From Mayamaea pseudoterrestris (Eukaryota): 64,000 bases of DNA. Of this stretch, positions 12,425-24,978 are shown in pieces. The stretch spans positions 1,178,001 to 1,242,000 of the forward strand of contig BROI01000004.1 in NCBI GenBank assembly GCA_027923505.1. Direction: 5' to 3'. The position numbers were made by a program, and so were the translations under genes. Under the pieces are notes generated by a model. That model searched no databases. It saw only the letters and a program-made list of their open reading frames with translations, and was not told where the DNA came from. Position 1 is the stretch's first letter. Every line of letters begins with the position of its first letter.

Positions 12425-13882
12425 CTACGTTGCTACTTGAAACCACCCTCGCTTGTTCATTTGCGCCGACACGGCCTCGTACGTCATGAACGTGAACGCT
12501 TGACCCGGCATGATGCGCAGCAACCGCGGCGTAATTCCCTTCCACAGCGCCAGCACTCCCTCCTCCTTGGCAATCATGACAATGGCTTGTCCCAGTCCCG
12601 TATACTTTGGCGCTTGGCCCGCGCGAATGACTTGCTTCTGCAGTCTCGTCTTGACGACATCGAGTGGATTGTTCACGAGCGGTCCCATGCCACCCGAAAA
12701 GCCTCCAATGAGTAGCGACTGCCAGTGCTCCAGCTTGTCTGTTTGTTGCATGATCATTAACTTTTGCTTGATTGCATTGTAGGCGGTAAAGTTGACCGCT
12801 TGGTTGCATCCCTGTCGCAGCATGGTTGGCACGACTCCCTTGTACAAGGCGCCCAAGCCTTCCTCGCGCGTAATCGTGAAGGCGGTTTGAAAGACGTTGG
12901 TGTACTTGCGGTGGCTCATTTGCGATGGATCGACAAGTGAATGATACTGGCCCATCATGCGCACCTTGCAGACTTCGGATGGTGTCACGACGAGGACTGT
13001 AAGTATGAATAGACAGGGAGCAAGTGAGAATTAAGATTGTTCAATGAATGATGAATACGCCAAGCCAGCAAGCAAAGCGAGACAATACAGCAGCATCACG
13101 ACTCTCATGCTCTTCATACATTCATTCCCATCACATACCCGCTTCCGTCAATCCACTCATTAGACCCGCCGTAAAGGTAATTACTGTTGGATTCATGTGA
13201 CTGGCAGTATACTCGTTGTTTCGAAACAGTTCCTTGTACTGCTCAAAGCTGACAAAGCGAATGGCCATTTTCGGGACAATGCCCATCCAAACCGCCGTCA
13301 AGCCCTTGTACAAGGCCAGAAAGCCTTCGCGCTGGACGATGCGCTTGGCCGTGCCAAACGGACCGAGTGGGGCTTGCACGAGTGATGAAGCAGTAGTTGC
13401 AGTCGTATTGCGCGTCGAGTGTTTAATGTAAATGGTCGTCGACATGCCCTTGGGACCGGTTGGTTGCAGTGCCGGCACCGGCTGTATTGGCGCAGCTTTT
13501 TGCAGCAGCGGCTCCTGCAGCGAATGCTTGAGGCGCAAGGCTGGCTCCATGAGCGAGTCGCGCATCTTGACCACGACTTGCTGCGGCGTGGTGGCTTGGT
13601 TCTTGCGGAGCTGCATTCTATAAATGTATAGTGAGGAGGTGAGTGAGATTATCGAATCAATTCCTCGGCACGAGTCTTTCATGCCTTCTTGCTCTCAAAC
13701 TTCTACTTTTCCTCTTCCTCTACCTCTCTCTCACAAACACTATGTTCCAATAATATTATTCGTTTCATTTACCTCGTCTTGATAGTGTCGAGGGGATGGC
13801 AGACGGACGATTCGACAAAGCCGGCGCAGCCGCCAGCGATCAAGTGCTGGAGTGGATGCTTCTTTTGATCTGATGATGCCAT
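12425..13882 (-). CDS. SFC1: Mitochondrial carrier, succinate/fumarate (SFC1-like); exons 13882-13773, 13617-13139, 12996-12425
   Basis: Three PX[DE]XX[KR] signatures (PLDTIKTR, PSEVCKVR, PLDVVKTR); GT-AG introns restore the frame; PKMAIRF and RQGCNQAVNF motifs. Confidence 0.85.
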
Positions 13883-14259
13883 GGTGATTGAAAAACAAGA
13901 GAGTAATGAAGAAGCAAGAAATAGACGTTGCTATGGATGCAAGAGGGACGTCGTCGTCGTTTTCGACGAGCAACAGGAAGAATGGTGTGCAAACAGTTTT
14001 GATGGAGGAAGAAACGCCGTCGTTCCATGCTGGGTGTCAACGAAGCGACAAAACAATTCGTGACGCGCTCGGTTGATCTTGGCGCCAAAAATGTGTTCAG
14101 CCATGTTAGCTATCTACTGGCAACCTACAAAAGCAATTGTATGAGACAAGGCCTAACATATACACAATGACCATTAACATTTTTACTATATAGTACTACT
14201 TATACATCTTACAGCCGCTCCACTATAAACAAGAAATAACATTCACACTCTTTTTTCTC

Positions 14260-15984
14260 TCAAAAGCCATCTTGATCAAAATTGTACGGATGTTGGTAGA
14301 AGCGTCGCTCCTGATGCTCGTCGCTGCACCACATTTGGTCCTCGACAAACTTGCTGCGCCAGCGACACTCGCAAAAGGTCATGTAGTGCGCGTCGTGCGT
14401 TTGTTGGAGCGGCCGCGAAACGTTCACGTAATTGTCGTTGCCAGCGTAGGGAGCTCCGGCAGTGTCGGGTTGGCAGGGACGAATGGGATCGTTGGCCGAG
14501 GCAATGCGATGCTTGAGCAGGCGATGCATTTCATTTAATTGGCGAGTGGAAATGCGAATGGGGTCCTTCATAATGCGCCAGTGGTTGGTGCTGGCGCGGT
14601 TCTGTGAGCCTGGTGATTATATAATTTGGATAATGCGCGGAATAGTGAGTCAGCGTCACAAGCAAACATGGCATATTGCAACTAAATATTATACTCACCT
14701 GGAAGAAACTTTCCGTAGCACGGAGGAATTGTCTGCGATCTGCAAACAATGGAGATCGAAGGTGAGCGAACGCACGAGTCAAACCGACCCAACAGCAACC
14801 TCTATATACAAATACACACATCGTAAAACTTACCCGCTATAACGGAAGTAATATTCCGTCTTGACATCGTCGAGAGCAAAGTAGTTGTTCCAAGCCACTT
14901 CATCATAGGCGGCCAAGTTTCGAGACGTAGAATTCTGTTCTTGCTGGATAGCATCTTTGACAAGCTCGTTCCAGTCGACTTCAGAATCTGTGTAATCTTC
15001 CTTTTCGCTCACTGTCAAAGGCTCGTACATGGAGGAAGGATCATTGTGCGCCTCTTTTAGCTTCTCCGTCAAAACGTCATGAATTGACTGCGCCTTTCTT
15101 CTGCTGCGAAGGTTGCGATTGAAGAGGCTGGCGTCTCCATTCGAGGACCCTCCTCCACAGTTTCCGTAGCTGCCAGATACACTGCCCAGTCCACACTCCT
15201 TTCGCGTCTCATCCTCCACCCGGCGCCACTGGCAAATGATCTTGTTGAGTACATCATAGTCATCAGCGCCATCATAGGCTTCCAATAAGATTGACACTGT
15301 TCCCATTTGATTTGGGACGCCTGCTTCCTCGGCAGTCACGGAATAAAAATGGTACAGTTGGATTTCGGCATCGTAGCGCTTGCCCTCCTGGGTATGCTCG
15401 GATGGAACGTGAACGTCCGTATGGGAGAGCCACCACCAGTCACTGAGTCCTTTCGAGTAGTCAATCTTTCCCCAAACGTGACGTCCGCAAGCGTTACGGT
15501 AGCTGCCCTCGTACGACTCGATGGGTTGCTTGATTTGAAGTGCGTGGCGTTCAATGGAGAAGGCGTTCAAGCGAATGAGTTCATCCCAGGTGCAACTACT
15601 ATCAGCTCTATGCATCAAATGGGCATCCACGCATTGATTGTGATGCTCGGATTCATTGATAGCCCTGTTGCGCTGCAAATCAATGGGCGACTGATGGGTA
15701 TTTTTGGCGCAGCTGCTGCCCGACGCGGGGCACCACTCGCAGTCATTTTCTTCCAACTCCCAGTCCGGTGCGGCAAGAAATTTTTCAGGCCATCCGACGC
15801 ACTTTTCCAAATTGCCACACTGTACCTTTTTCCATTGATTCGGAGGATACTGGTTGTTGGGCGACGACTTTGCCGTAGTCTGGTAAGTGAACTGATCAGT
15901 GTTGGCATTTCTCTGCGCGGCGACGCATCCGAAGAGCAAAGATGCAGCAAACAGCAGCGTTGCCATGCTTGAGGAAAACACCAT
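14260..15984 (-). CDS. Secreted alpha-carbonic-anhydrase-like protein (3 exons)
   Basis: Signal peptide; QSPIDL; PSEHTQEGKRYDAEIQLYH; YFRYSG|SQTIPPCYG; VSRPLQ. Introns at ~14833-14745 and ~14698-14610. Confidence 0.85.
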
Positions 15985-16393
15985 GTTGCGAAACAGTCTG
16001 CCAATCCGATGTTATGGAATCCCAGATTGGTGCGCGGACTGTTTGACATCAAAAGACCAAACCTTGTTCGAAATGTTGATGCCGGCCGCGCGTGCGAAAG
16101 ATTGTCGAACTGTTCGTCGTTGACGGTTCGACCGACGCAATTACTATTGCCTAGTCGGAGTATTCACGACGCTGTGCGCGTGTGCGCGACTTTCAAGTTC
16201 CGCGAATCTAATTCCGCATGCACCTTGGAAGATTTTCTTTGTCGAATCTACATCCATGGCGAATCTACTCAAGGTCAGCATTCATGTATAAATCCCTGAA
16301 GTAAGCAAACTGATGCAAGCTTGTTCATTCTCGAGTTTCGCTTCGCTGGGGCGCAAACCGGACGGACACCGTGGGCTCGAAAAGCAATTTTTA

Positions 16394-16488
16394 GCTATGC
16401 ATATTGAGCCATGATATTCTCATCTGCACTCGCTTTATCTCAGTTTTGCTATCGATATTGAGCCATGATCTTCTTATCTGCAATCGCT
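16394..16488. repeat. Imperfect ~54-bp tandem duplication
   Basis: gctat..atattgagccatgat.ttct.atctgca.tcgct occurs at 16394 and 16448. Confidence 0.75.
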
Positions 16489-16643
16489 ATGCATGTTAGA
16501 TGAACAATCGATTGATCTAGTGATTGTCAAAGTATCACTGTTTTCTATTTTACAAACTGTGAAGCGAAACGAGGTAGTAATGAATCGACCGAGTCGCATG
16601 CTCGCACGCCACGAGTCGTACAAAAAGTTACGCAAGTGCAAAA

Positions 16644-17375
16644 TCACTCCTTTGGCGCGTCGCATCTCATGTTAGCGGGAAGTGCACGATCGATATGCTT
16701 TGGATACGCCAAATTTAAATTGTTCATCATGTCAACAAACTCTTGCTTCGTCTTGAGCAAACCCAGCCGCGGATTGGTAGCCTTTTCTTCTCCGACGGTG
16801 CTACTCGTCAGCCCGTTGTAGTCGTGCGCCGGATAGACAATGGTGTCGTCGGACAGCGTCAAGATTTGCGTCCAGACCGACTCGTACAGCTGCGACGGAT
16901 TTCCACCTTGAAAGTCGGTGCGTCCGCAGCCATTGATGAGTAGCGCATCGCCCGTCAAGACAAAGGACTTGTCGTCCGCCACTAGCGAAACGCAACCCGC
17001 GGTATGTCCTGGAGTTGGTCGGACGGTTAGATAGCGACTACCAAAGCGAATGCCATCGTATGGTTCCACCACCATGTCGCATTTGGCACCCGAAGCTTTG
17101 GAAATGACGCTTCTCATGTCCGGTAACTGTTCGCGCAGCAATCGCGTCCCCGTCACGTGATCGGCGTGTACGTGCGTATTGACGCCGTAGCGTAAATGAA
17201 GGTTCAATGCTTTGACTTCTTGCAAATCGCGATGGACTTGAACGTCGACTGGATCAACAATCACTGCATCTCTGGTATCTTCATCCCAAAGCAAGTAGGT
17301 ATACGTGCAAGAATCTGGATCAAAAAGCTGTTCGAAGCCCATTGGTTTTCTCGTTTGAACAATGGCATCGCTCAT
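16644..17375 (-). CDS. ETHE1: Persulfide dioxygenase (metallo-beta-lactamase fold)
   Basis: QLFD..SCTYTYLL; NTHVHADHVTG; TPGHTAGC; GDALLI.GCGRTDFQ; YPAHDY; EEK..NPRL. Confidence 0.93.
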   Translation of the reverse strand: MSDAIVQTRKPMGFEQLFDPDSCTYTYLLWDEDTRDAVIVDPVDVQVHRDLQEVKALNLHLRYGVNTHVHADHVTGTRLLREQLPDMRSVISKASGAKCDMVVEPYDGIRFGSRYLTVRPTPGHTAGCVSLVADDKSFVLTGDALLINGCGRTDFQGGNPSQLYESVWTQILTLSDDTIVYPAHDYNGLTSSTVGEEKATNPRLGLLKTKQEFVDMMNNLNLAYPKHIDRALPANMRCDAPKE

Positions 17376-17902
17376 GCTTTACTGTGATTGTAATTGCGTC
17401 GAATTCGAGTCGTGGTTGCAAATTGACGAACGGTTGAGATGCAACGTCTGGCAGAGTCTGTGGTGGAGACGCAACTGCTTGAGAGTTGAAGCTTTAAAAC
17501 CGCACTCATGCAATTTAAGTGCTCTGCATCCGTCTTACCTTGGTAGTAATGTTGTTGACTTGTTGACTTGTTGATTGACGAGCAAGAAGAGGCTGCGGTT
17601 GCGCAAGATTTGCCATGGTGCCAAATTGCGCGCGAGCCTATCGTCGAAACGGCGGTATCATTCCAAAGGTACACAAATCGTGTACAGTCATAGTGAAAAG
17701 CTTTGCACGATTGCCTATCGGACCGGTTTTACATTTGAAATTCGTGGTCGGCCATGGAGAAAGCGCATGAATGCAAAGAGTCGCCATGTTACAGTAAAAT
17801 TGACTACCGGTAGCAATTGACTGAAATGTTGCTTCATATTCATTCCTTGTCGTGTCTCCTTGCCGCAAGCACCAGTCAATCGTCGCTGCTGCAGTCATCT
17901 GC

Positions 17903-18986
17903 AATGTCACCGCCACCGCCGTCTGCATGGTCGAAACGAACAGCCAAGCGACGCCAACAAATGGAACAACTACTGTCAAGTATTAAACTTCCAAGCATAC
18001 TTGGATACGACAAGACTACAGAATCGCTACATGATTTACAAGTACCAGTTTTGCATGCTCCAGCCATTCCATGGAATAGTTTCCCCTTGCTCGACCCGGA
18101 GCAGGGCGGTCGATTGCAAAAGGACTCGCCGCGAGGTCGACGCAAACGCATTCAAGTCGAAGCCTTTTGCTACATAGTTGACAAACTAATGATGCATCCA
18201 AAGGACGAATCAGTGATTGTTGATGCGGGTAGCGGCGCGGGAAATCTGACCATTGGCATGGCCGGGTGGCTGCAGTGGCAAGGCGTCTTGGCCATTGATG
18301 TCAACGAAACGGCGCTCCAACAATTGGCGAGTCGAGCCAGTCAAATTACAAACTGTCGCATTCAAACTTTAACTGCTGACTTGAATGATTCGAACATTCA
18401 GCTACCAACGCAAGCATCAGTCGTTTGTTCACTGCACGCGTGCGGCGCAGCCACGGACATGGGCCTGCAGCTGGCGACGCGCCACCAATTGCCCTTTGTG
18501 GCAAGTCCCTGCTGCACGGCCAAGAGCATGGCGTTGCGAAGAAGCGTTGGATATGGTCCGTCGGCTTCTTTCCAACGATCGGGAGCGCCAATCGACATGG
18601 TGTATCCGCGCTCCCAGTGGTTGCGTTTGGAATTGTTCAAATATCTAAATGCGTCGTCAGCTAGTGACGTTGAGAATGATCAAAGTAGTATCAGCAGCGA
18701 AAGTCTCTTTAACACTTACTCGAAACTCGCCAAGGTGGCAGACGTTGGTTTGGGACCGCAGACGCCGCTGGAGCAGGTGCGGCATCAGCGACTCGCCAAA
18801 CTCGTCGTTGAACTCGATCGACTGGCTGGAGTCGTCGAGCAGCATTCCAACTATCAAGTCAAACTGGTTCGCCTTTGTAATCATGCCGACTATGGAAAAG
18901 CGGAAATTTTGATTGGAGTTCCCAGCGACAACCATCTGGCAGTCAAGGGTTTGAACGAGCTGGCGTTGCTCCATGGCGGTGCGTGA
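17903..18986 (+). CDS. SAM-dependent methyltransferase (Methyltransf_32 / GSTCD-like)
   Basis: RKRIQVE; VDAGSGAGNL; SLHACGAATD; SPCC. The start is uncertain (ORF open from 17817). Confidence 0.8.
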
Positions 18987-19255
18987 AACCCAAATCGCGT
19001 TCCTCGAATAACTTAAACTTTTCAAATTTTCGATACAGCCATGGCGGACCTCGAGGGCCCTGTCGTCTGCCGATATTTGAAGTGGCACGTCAGCCAAGTC
19101 ATCATTTTTCTACAACGGCGGCTCGAGCATATATCACGTGTGCGGCTACAATGAGAGGACGTTTGCATTGGCTCCGAGTGGCGCGCAGTTTTCAAGTACA
19201 GCGAGCGGCACAAAAAGGTTGATTTTCGTTTATTGATCACGCCTCACTATCGACG

Positions 19256-20938
19256 ATGATGCAGTGTATCGTGCTACTCGTTCTTGGCCTTGGGCTTGCT
19301 TGGTCGCAGGATCTCGATCAGTTCACCTACCAAACTACCTCGGACACCTCCGTGAATCCAGTATATGCACCTCCGGATTGGATGAGTGTTCGTTGCGAGC
19401 ACTTGGAGGAATGCGCTGGCTGGCCCGAAAAATTTTTGGCAGCTCCCGATTGGACGCTGACGACGAATGATTGCCAGTGGTGTCCGGCCAATGGAAACTC
19501 GTGCGGGACACACCACCAGAGTCCCATCAACCTCGAACGCAACCGAGCAATCAATGAGTCCGAGCATCACAATCAATGCGTGGATGCCCATTTCATGCAT
19601 AGAGCTGATAGCAGTTGCACATGGGACGAACTCATTCGCTTGAATGCTTTCTCAATTGAGCGCTATGCCCTCCAAATCAAGCAGCCAATGGAAGTCTACG
19701 ATGGATCGTATCGGGTCGCTTGTTCCAACAATGGCGATCACCGTTGGGCGGAGCTTGACTACTCGAAAGGCTTTAGTAATTGGTGGTGGCTGAGTCATAC
19801 GGATTTTCATGTAAGTCTTATGCAAGAGTGCCGTCACGATAATGGTTTCTGTTGTCGCTCACTATGATACGTTTCTCTTTTTACTAGGTTCCCTCGGAGC
19901 ACACGCAAGAAGGCAAGCGGTATGATGCGGAGATGCAGCTCTATCACTTTTTCTCAGTTAGCGGCGCTGATTCCAAAGCTGGTGTCCCGGACCAAATGGG
20001 CACTGTTTCAATCTTTTTTGAGGCGTATGAAGGTGCTGAAGACTACGGTATGCTCAACAAGATAATTTGCCAATGGCGGCGTGCCGAAGATGAGACCCGA
20101 GCTCAATGCAACCAACCAAGTATCTACAATGAGTACGTTGGATGCACCAACTACACGCGCGGCCACACGAGAAGCCGCAACCTTCGCATGATGGATCAAG
20201 GCGAGGAGTCCGCTGTTGTTGTCGACGTTGAAAAGCCTGGTGTGGACTGGGCCGAGCTCTTGAGCGACCTTAAGTATCTGGAGGATGCTCATCACGGACG
20301 TCGCATGACAGACTTTGAAGAAGTAGGTCCTTGGAACAATTACTTCGGACTAGAGGATGTGAAGACGGAGTACTATTTCCGTTACAGTGGGTACGTTAGC
20401 TGCTCTTTGAATGCCTTGCGCAAGCGTCCTGTCAGTCTCACCTGTTGCATTCTGCTCCACCAGCACTCAGACAATTCCGCCTTGCTATGGAATATTTACT
20501 CCAGGTAAGTCTGTGTCATTCACTCTGCTCGTTTTGAACGACGTAGCATGCTCACAAATTCCTTTGCAACATTTGCATCACCCGCCAGGTCCGGACAATC
20601 GAGCGAACACGAATCACTGGCGCGTCATGAAGGATCCCATTCGTGTATCACCTCGACAGATTGACGAAATGCATCGCCTCCTCAAGAATCGCATTGCTCC
20701 ACCAACCGATCCCATCAAGCCCTGTCAACCCGACTCTGCCGCTGGCTCGTATGAAGGAAACGATGCTCGCGTCAACATGTCGCGTCCGCTCCAGTCAACC
20801 CATGAGGCTCACTTTATGACCTTTTGCGAGTGCCGCTGGGTGAGCCACTTTGCCGAGGATCAGGCTTGGTGTTCGGATACGGATCAACTGTCCCGCTTGT
20901 ACAATCACCCGTATAATTTTGAGTCGGTTGGATTTTGA
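19256..20938 (+). CDS. Second secreted alpha-carbonic-anhydrase-like protein (4 exons)
   Basis: Paralog of 14260-15984; QSPINL; HTDFH|VPSEH; DAEMQLYH; GT-AG introns at ~19811, ~20391 and ~20505. Confidence 0.85.
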
Positions 20939-21631
20939 TGATGGCCAGCTTATTGGCGTGTGATTTCCTGTTATGCCTGATACAACTGAATATAACACTA
21001 TTTATGTAAATATACGTTCTAGTTGACTACTCCGTATCATACTGTAATAGCGCAAGTTGGTTGATTATGGTGCATTGCCGGTAGCTCGCCTATATCGAGG
21101 CAATTCCGTCAGTGACCCAAATGTCTTCTTGGAAAAACCGCGATCCCCGTTGGACTTAATGCGAATATCAGTGACATTTTAAGCTTCGGTTTCCCTCAAC
21201 TGGTCATTATGGCATAAGTCTGGCGTAATCAAAGTTCAATCAAAAACGTGTCAGGTTCGCTTTCCTCGAAATGATGACGTCACCTAGACGAACAGTCGCC
21301 ACTCGTCTTTCGTGCGCTCGTCCACTTTTTTGCGGCAGTCTCGGACGGAGCTGCGCCGCCATCACTGCAGCCGTAATATTAACATGCCTTGGCGAGGATC
21401 CTCCATCAAGGAACCAAATCCTGTCTTGAAGAGACAGTCATCCCAACGAAGCGTTGTCGCCAAGCTACAGGATCAATTGAAATGCTGTTCCGACGTAAGG
21501 TAAGTCGGCCGACGCTCGCCTCTGCCGCAACCCGAACTCTTCGCATTCATGCCACGTGAATGAGACGTTTGCACGCGCCACAATATAAAATTATTTGGAG
21601 CAAAGTAATACATCATCTTTTGCTAATCGCA

Positions 21632-22935
21632 ATGGTGCATCGACTCATTGCGTCCGCTTTGAATGGCGGAGTTGCATCGCGATACTTTGATTCGGCTGAT
21701 CCTCTCACGCCTTGCTCGTCGTCTTCGTCATCCATGACATTTTATAATAACAATCCATCTTTATCGACTCACTCTTGCAGCAGTCAGCCAAAAGTTAATG
21801 GCGACTCGTCGTCGCGTCATTATCACGAATCAATCAACGGCGGCGAAAGCAGCACTTGCAAGCCGCAACACTTGATGAATCATTCTAGCAGCATGCCAAC
21901 TAGTATTCCGGAACTACTGCAGCATCAAGGCGGCTTGGAAGGCATTCCGCAACCAATATTGAAGCATTGTTTGGAGCCAGTCATGCAGGCACTGGCGGAA
22001 ATGGATGCCATGGCGCTGCTGCATTTGAAGGAGGTTTCGCACGGCGGTCCCTGCGTCGGGAATGGGTACGTTGCGACAATATTGTTCATTGTTGTATGAG
22101 AGCATTGATTTATCTTCGTTACTTGTTAGCAGTGACAGATACGAATACAAATGAGTTTTAACCTCACAACGTTTTAATTCGCTCGTTCGTTTTCACTTGC
22201 AGCAAACATGTGCACGCCATTCACGACCAAGTATCACCTCCCATTGAAGATCATCATCACGATGACAACGGCGACGCGTCAATGGATCCATCGACTCCAA
22301 ACTCTGATGCAAACAATGATTCTTCAGACTCACCAGTGGTGCGCTACATTCACTTGGCTGAAATTCCAAACCAGTACAGCATGGGCATTTTTGTATTTCC
22401 GCCGCATGCCAAGATTCCATTGCACGATCATCCAGGCATGTGCGTGCTCAGTCGCGTACTATATGGCGACTTGGAGCGCATGTCCCTGGACCTTGTTTCT
22501 GATGACGATGATCGTTTTGTCAGCAGTTCGTTGCGCAACGGCGCCAATTCCAACATTATTCCTCACTATCCACCCGGTACCAAGCGCGCTCAACAGCAGC
22601 ACATTGACTATTTGCATGCGCCGCAAGTAACGGCGCTGTATCCATTGGAAGGCAATCTGCACGAGTTTCGAGCTGGTCCACATGGCGCAGCCGTCTTGGA
22701 TGTGTTGCTACCACCCTACAATCATAGTCGCGACTGCACATTTTATCACGCTCATCCTGTGGCAAGGAATCAAACGAATGCGGCAAACGCGAGGCACTTG
22801 AGCGACACAGAGGAGGAGGAAGACAAGATGGATGAAGAATCTGAAACGCTTTATTACGTCATCGTTCCGACTGGACAACCAGAGGACTTTCACTGCATCA
22901 GTGGCTGTCTGAATGACCTTGGGAGTGCGAGGTGA
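21632..22935 (+). CDS. Cysteamine dioxygenase / plant cysteine oxidase-like thiol dioxygenase (2 exons, intron ~22066-22202)
   Basis: PCO_ADO motifs SMGIFVFPPHAKIPLHDHPGMCVLSRVLYG, GNLHEF, AVLDVLLPPY, RDCTFY. Confidence 0.88.
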
Positions 22936-24445
22936 TATGTGCCGTTTGTTGGCTGCTGCTTGATTATTTGCCTACGTAGATCATAGTCAAGGTTGAAACC
23001 AAAGGTGTGGCCTCGAGTATTATAGTTAAACATGCTTTAGACGCCCGGCTAATCGTATCATCACGGTTTACTCTTGACCACCTTCTCTTGATAAACCCTT
23101 GGCAGCGTCCGCTTGTTTAAGCTCGGTAGGTAATTGCTCCAACACGGTACTAGTAACCATCTCGGTCGCCAAAGATGCCTTTTAATCGCCCAGATGGAGG
23201 GCGCCGCTGCAAAAGTCACTTTTGAGTGCCTGCACAATTTGATAAACAGCGTCACCTCCATTATCAGGTGATCGACTCATGACAAGCTGCTTTGCTGGAC
23301 CATTAATTGCAGAAACGGAAGGAAGCTGGATCGGAGGATAAAAGCTAATATTTCTGGTTTACAAAATGCCATCTTCAGCTGGAATTTGCCGTGGACCTGC
23401 AAATGAACATGAAATTGAGCATTGTTTGATCTGGCGTCACTCAGTGGACAGGTTTGTCGTCATCGGTTACCTTTGAATCGGTTAGTAGGAAATACTCGTC
23501 ATTCTATTCGTTCGCGAGTGCCTCCGACTCGCGTTTCACTTGCAACCTTATAACACATCGTTGGGATTATATGACTATTGGCAAATCCAATTCTTTTGCC
23601 AGCTTGCAAGAAGTCCTCTACCAGTCCTTGGCATTATGATCAAGCAATGCTAAACTCTTCGGAGCAATGGCAACACGTCAATGACGCCATCAAGCGCGCA
23701 ATCACAAGGCCGAGGGACTCACTATCCTGCATGCTAGCTCCCATGGTCTTGTTCATGAGAAGTGCCGACCAACACTCGAGAAATGTAACTGCTTTGTGCG
23801 AGATAAAGAATGTCACAGAGAGAGACAGTCAACAGTCTTTGCGCAAACGCAAGCGAAGAGGACATCCTACATGTTGCAATGGCAGAGCCTCAATTAATGT
23901 CATGAAGCATGATGTCCTACCACAACAATAACTAACTCTTGAAGTGATGTTTAGAAGGGCAGCATAGAGCAAAGAGGATACCAGGGCAATGAGACAGCAC
24001 TTGCAAGCTTAAATTGGCAATCTAAGGAAAGCTACAAGTGATGTGCACGATTTGATCTACAAATAAAAGAAAAGGTTCTGCGCTAGGTGACGCACACAGG
24101 GCATAGTGCTTGGGTTAATATAATAACTCACGGATTTAGTAGTTAGTTTACCTACAGTACTAGCCTTGCGGCTTCAACGCCGCTCTCGTCATCAGTGTGT
24201 AAGATTGGGTTACTTGATGGGCAAGCTGCTGGGGTTTGCTGGGCAGCGAATGGGAGGCATAGAGGGGGAAAACCTTGGTGCTGCACTGAAAAGAAGACCA
24301 GTCCCGTCTCTAGGTGACTCATTAGGTGTCGCTTGATGGCAATTGCGTGGCGAGTGCTGCAAGTGAAACTGGGTGCCGTAGGGCGACAAGGTTGCGCTGG
24401 GAAGGAGACTTAGTTCTGTGCAAGGTGACACACTGGGTACCGTAT

Positions 24446-24978
24446 GTTGTTGTTGAACTGGCCTCCAGAAGGGTGAGGCTTGAAGATCGTGAGGTATCGA
24501 CCTCGCTTCAGCAGCCTTCCCCCTTCCTAGGCTCTGACACTCAAAGTACTTGTTTTATGTCTATCCTGAACTAACTGATCCCACCATCGCTGCAGGCGGG
24601 ACGAGCCAGGCGCTCGCCTGGTGTTGGTGCAGACATCAAATACAGGCCTGGTAGCGATGTAATTAACGGCTTGGTTGCGGCGACAGCGGATTAACTCCTC
24701 CATCGGCATCACGCCAGCGATTCTTGAAGCACAGTCAATGGAAGGGTAATACCAACGCTGCTCCCCCTGGGGGAGTGTGTGGCAAAGTCGTCGAACGATC
24801 CGATTATGGGAAGCCTTCCAATGTCATGCCCATAAAAGAACTTAAGGTGCAACAAATCACTACCGTATAACAGGACCGATTGGGCCACGGCCACGTAGAA
24901 CATTCTCGGAAGAAGGGGGCTGGCTCCCTCCCGTGTGAGAAGGCAGGAGATCAAAGTCCAGCGCTTGAGCGCCTTCAT
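24446..24978 (-). mobile_element. 5'-truncated non-LTR (RTE-like) retrotransposon 3' fragment
   Basis: FYVAVAQSVLLYGS...RPVFD.C...RWWDQL; reverse complement of 27720-28243; ends ggccagtt.aacaacaac. Confidence 0.75.

Noticed and set aside
19087..19141. ACGTCA (CCRE-like) and CACGTG motifs upstream of the second CA; TGACGTCA at ~21275
   Set aside because: Single short motifs expected by chance, with no supporting evidence.
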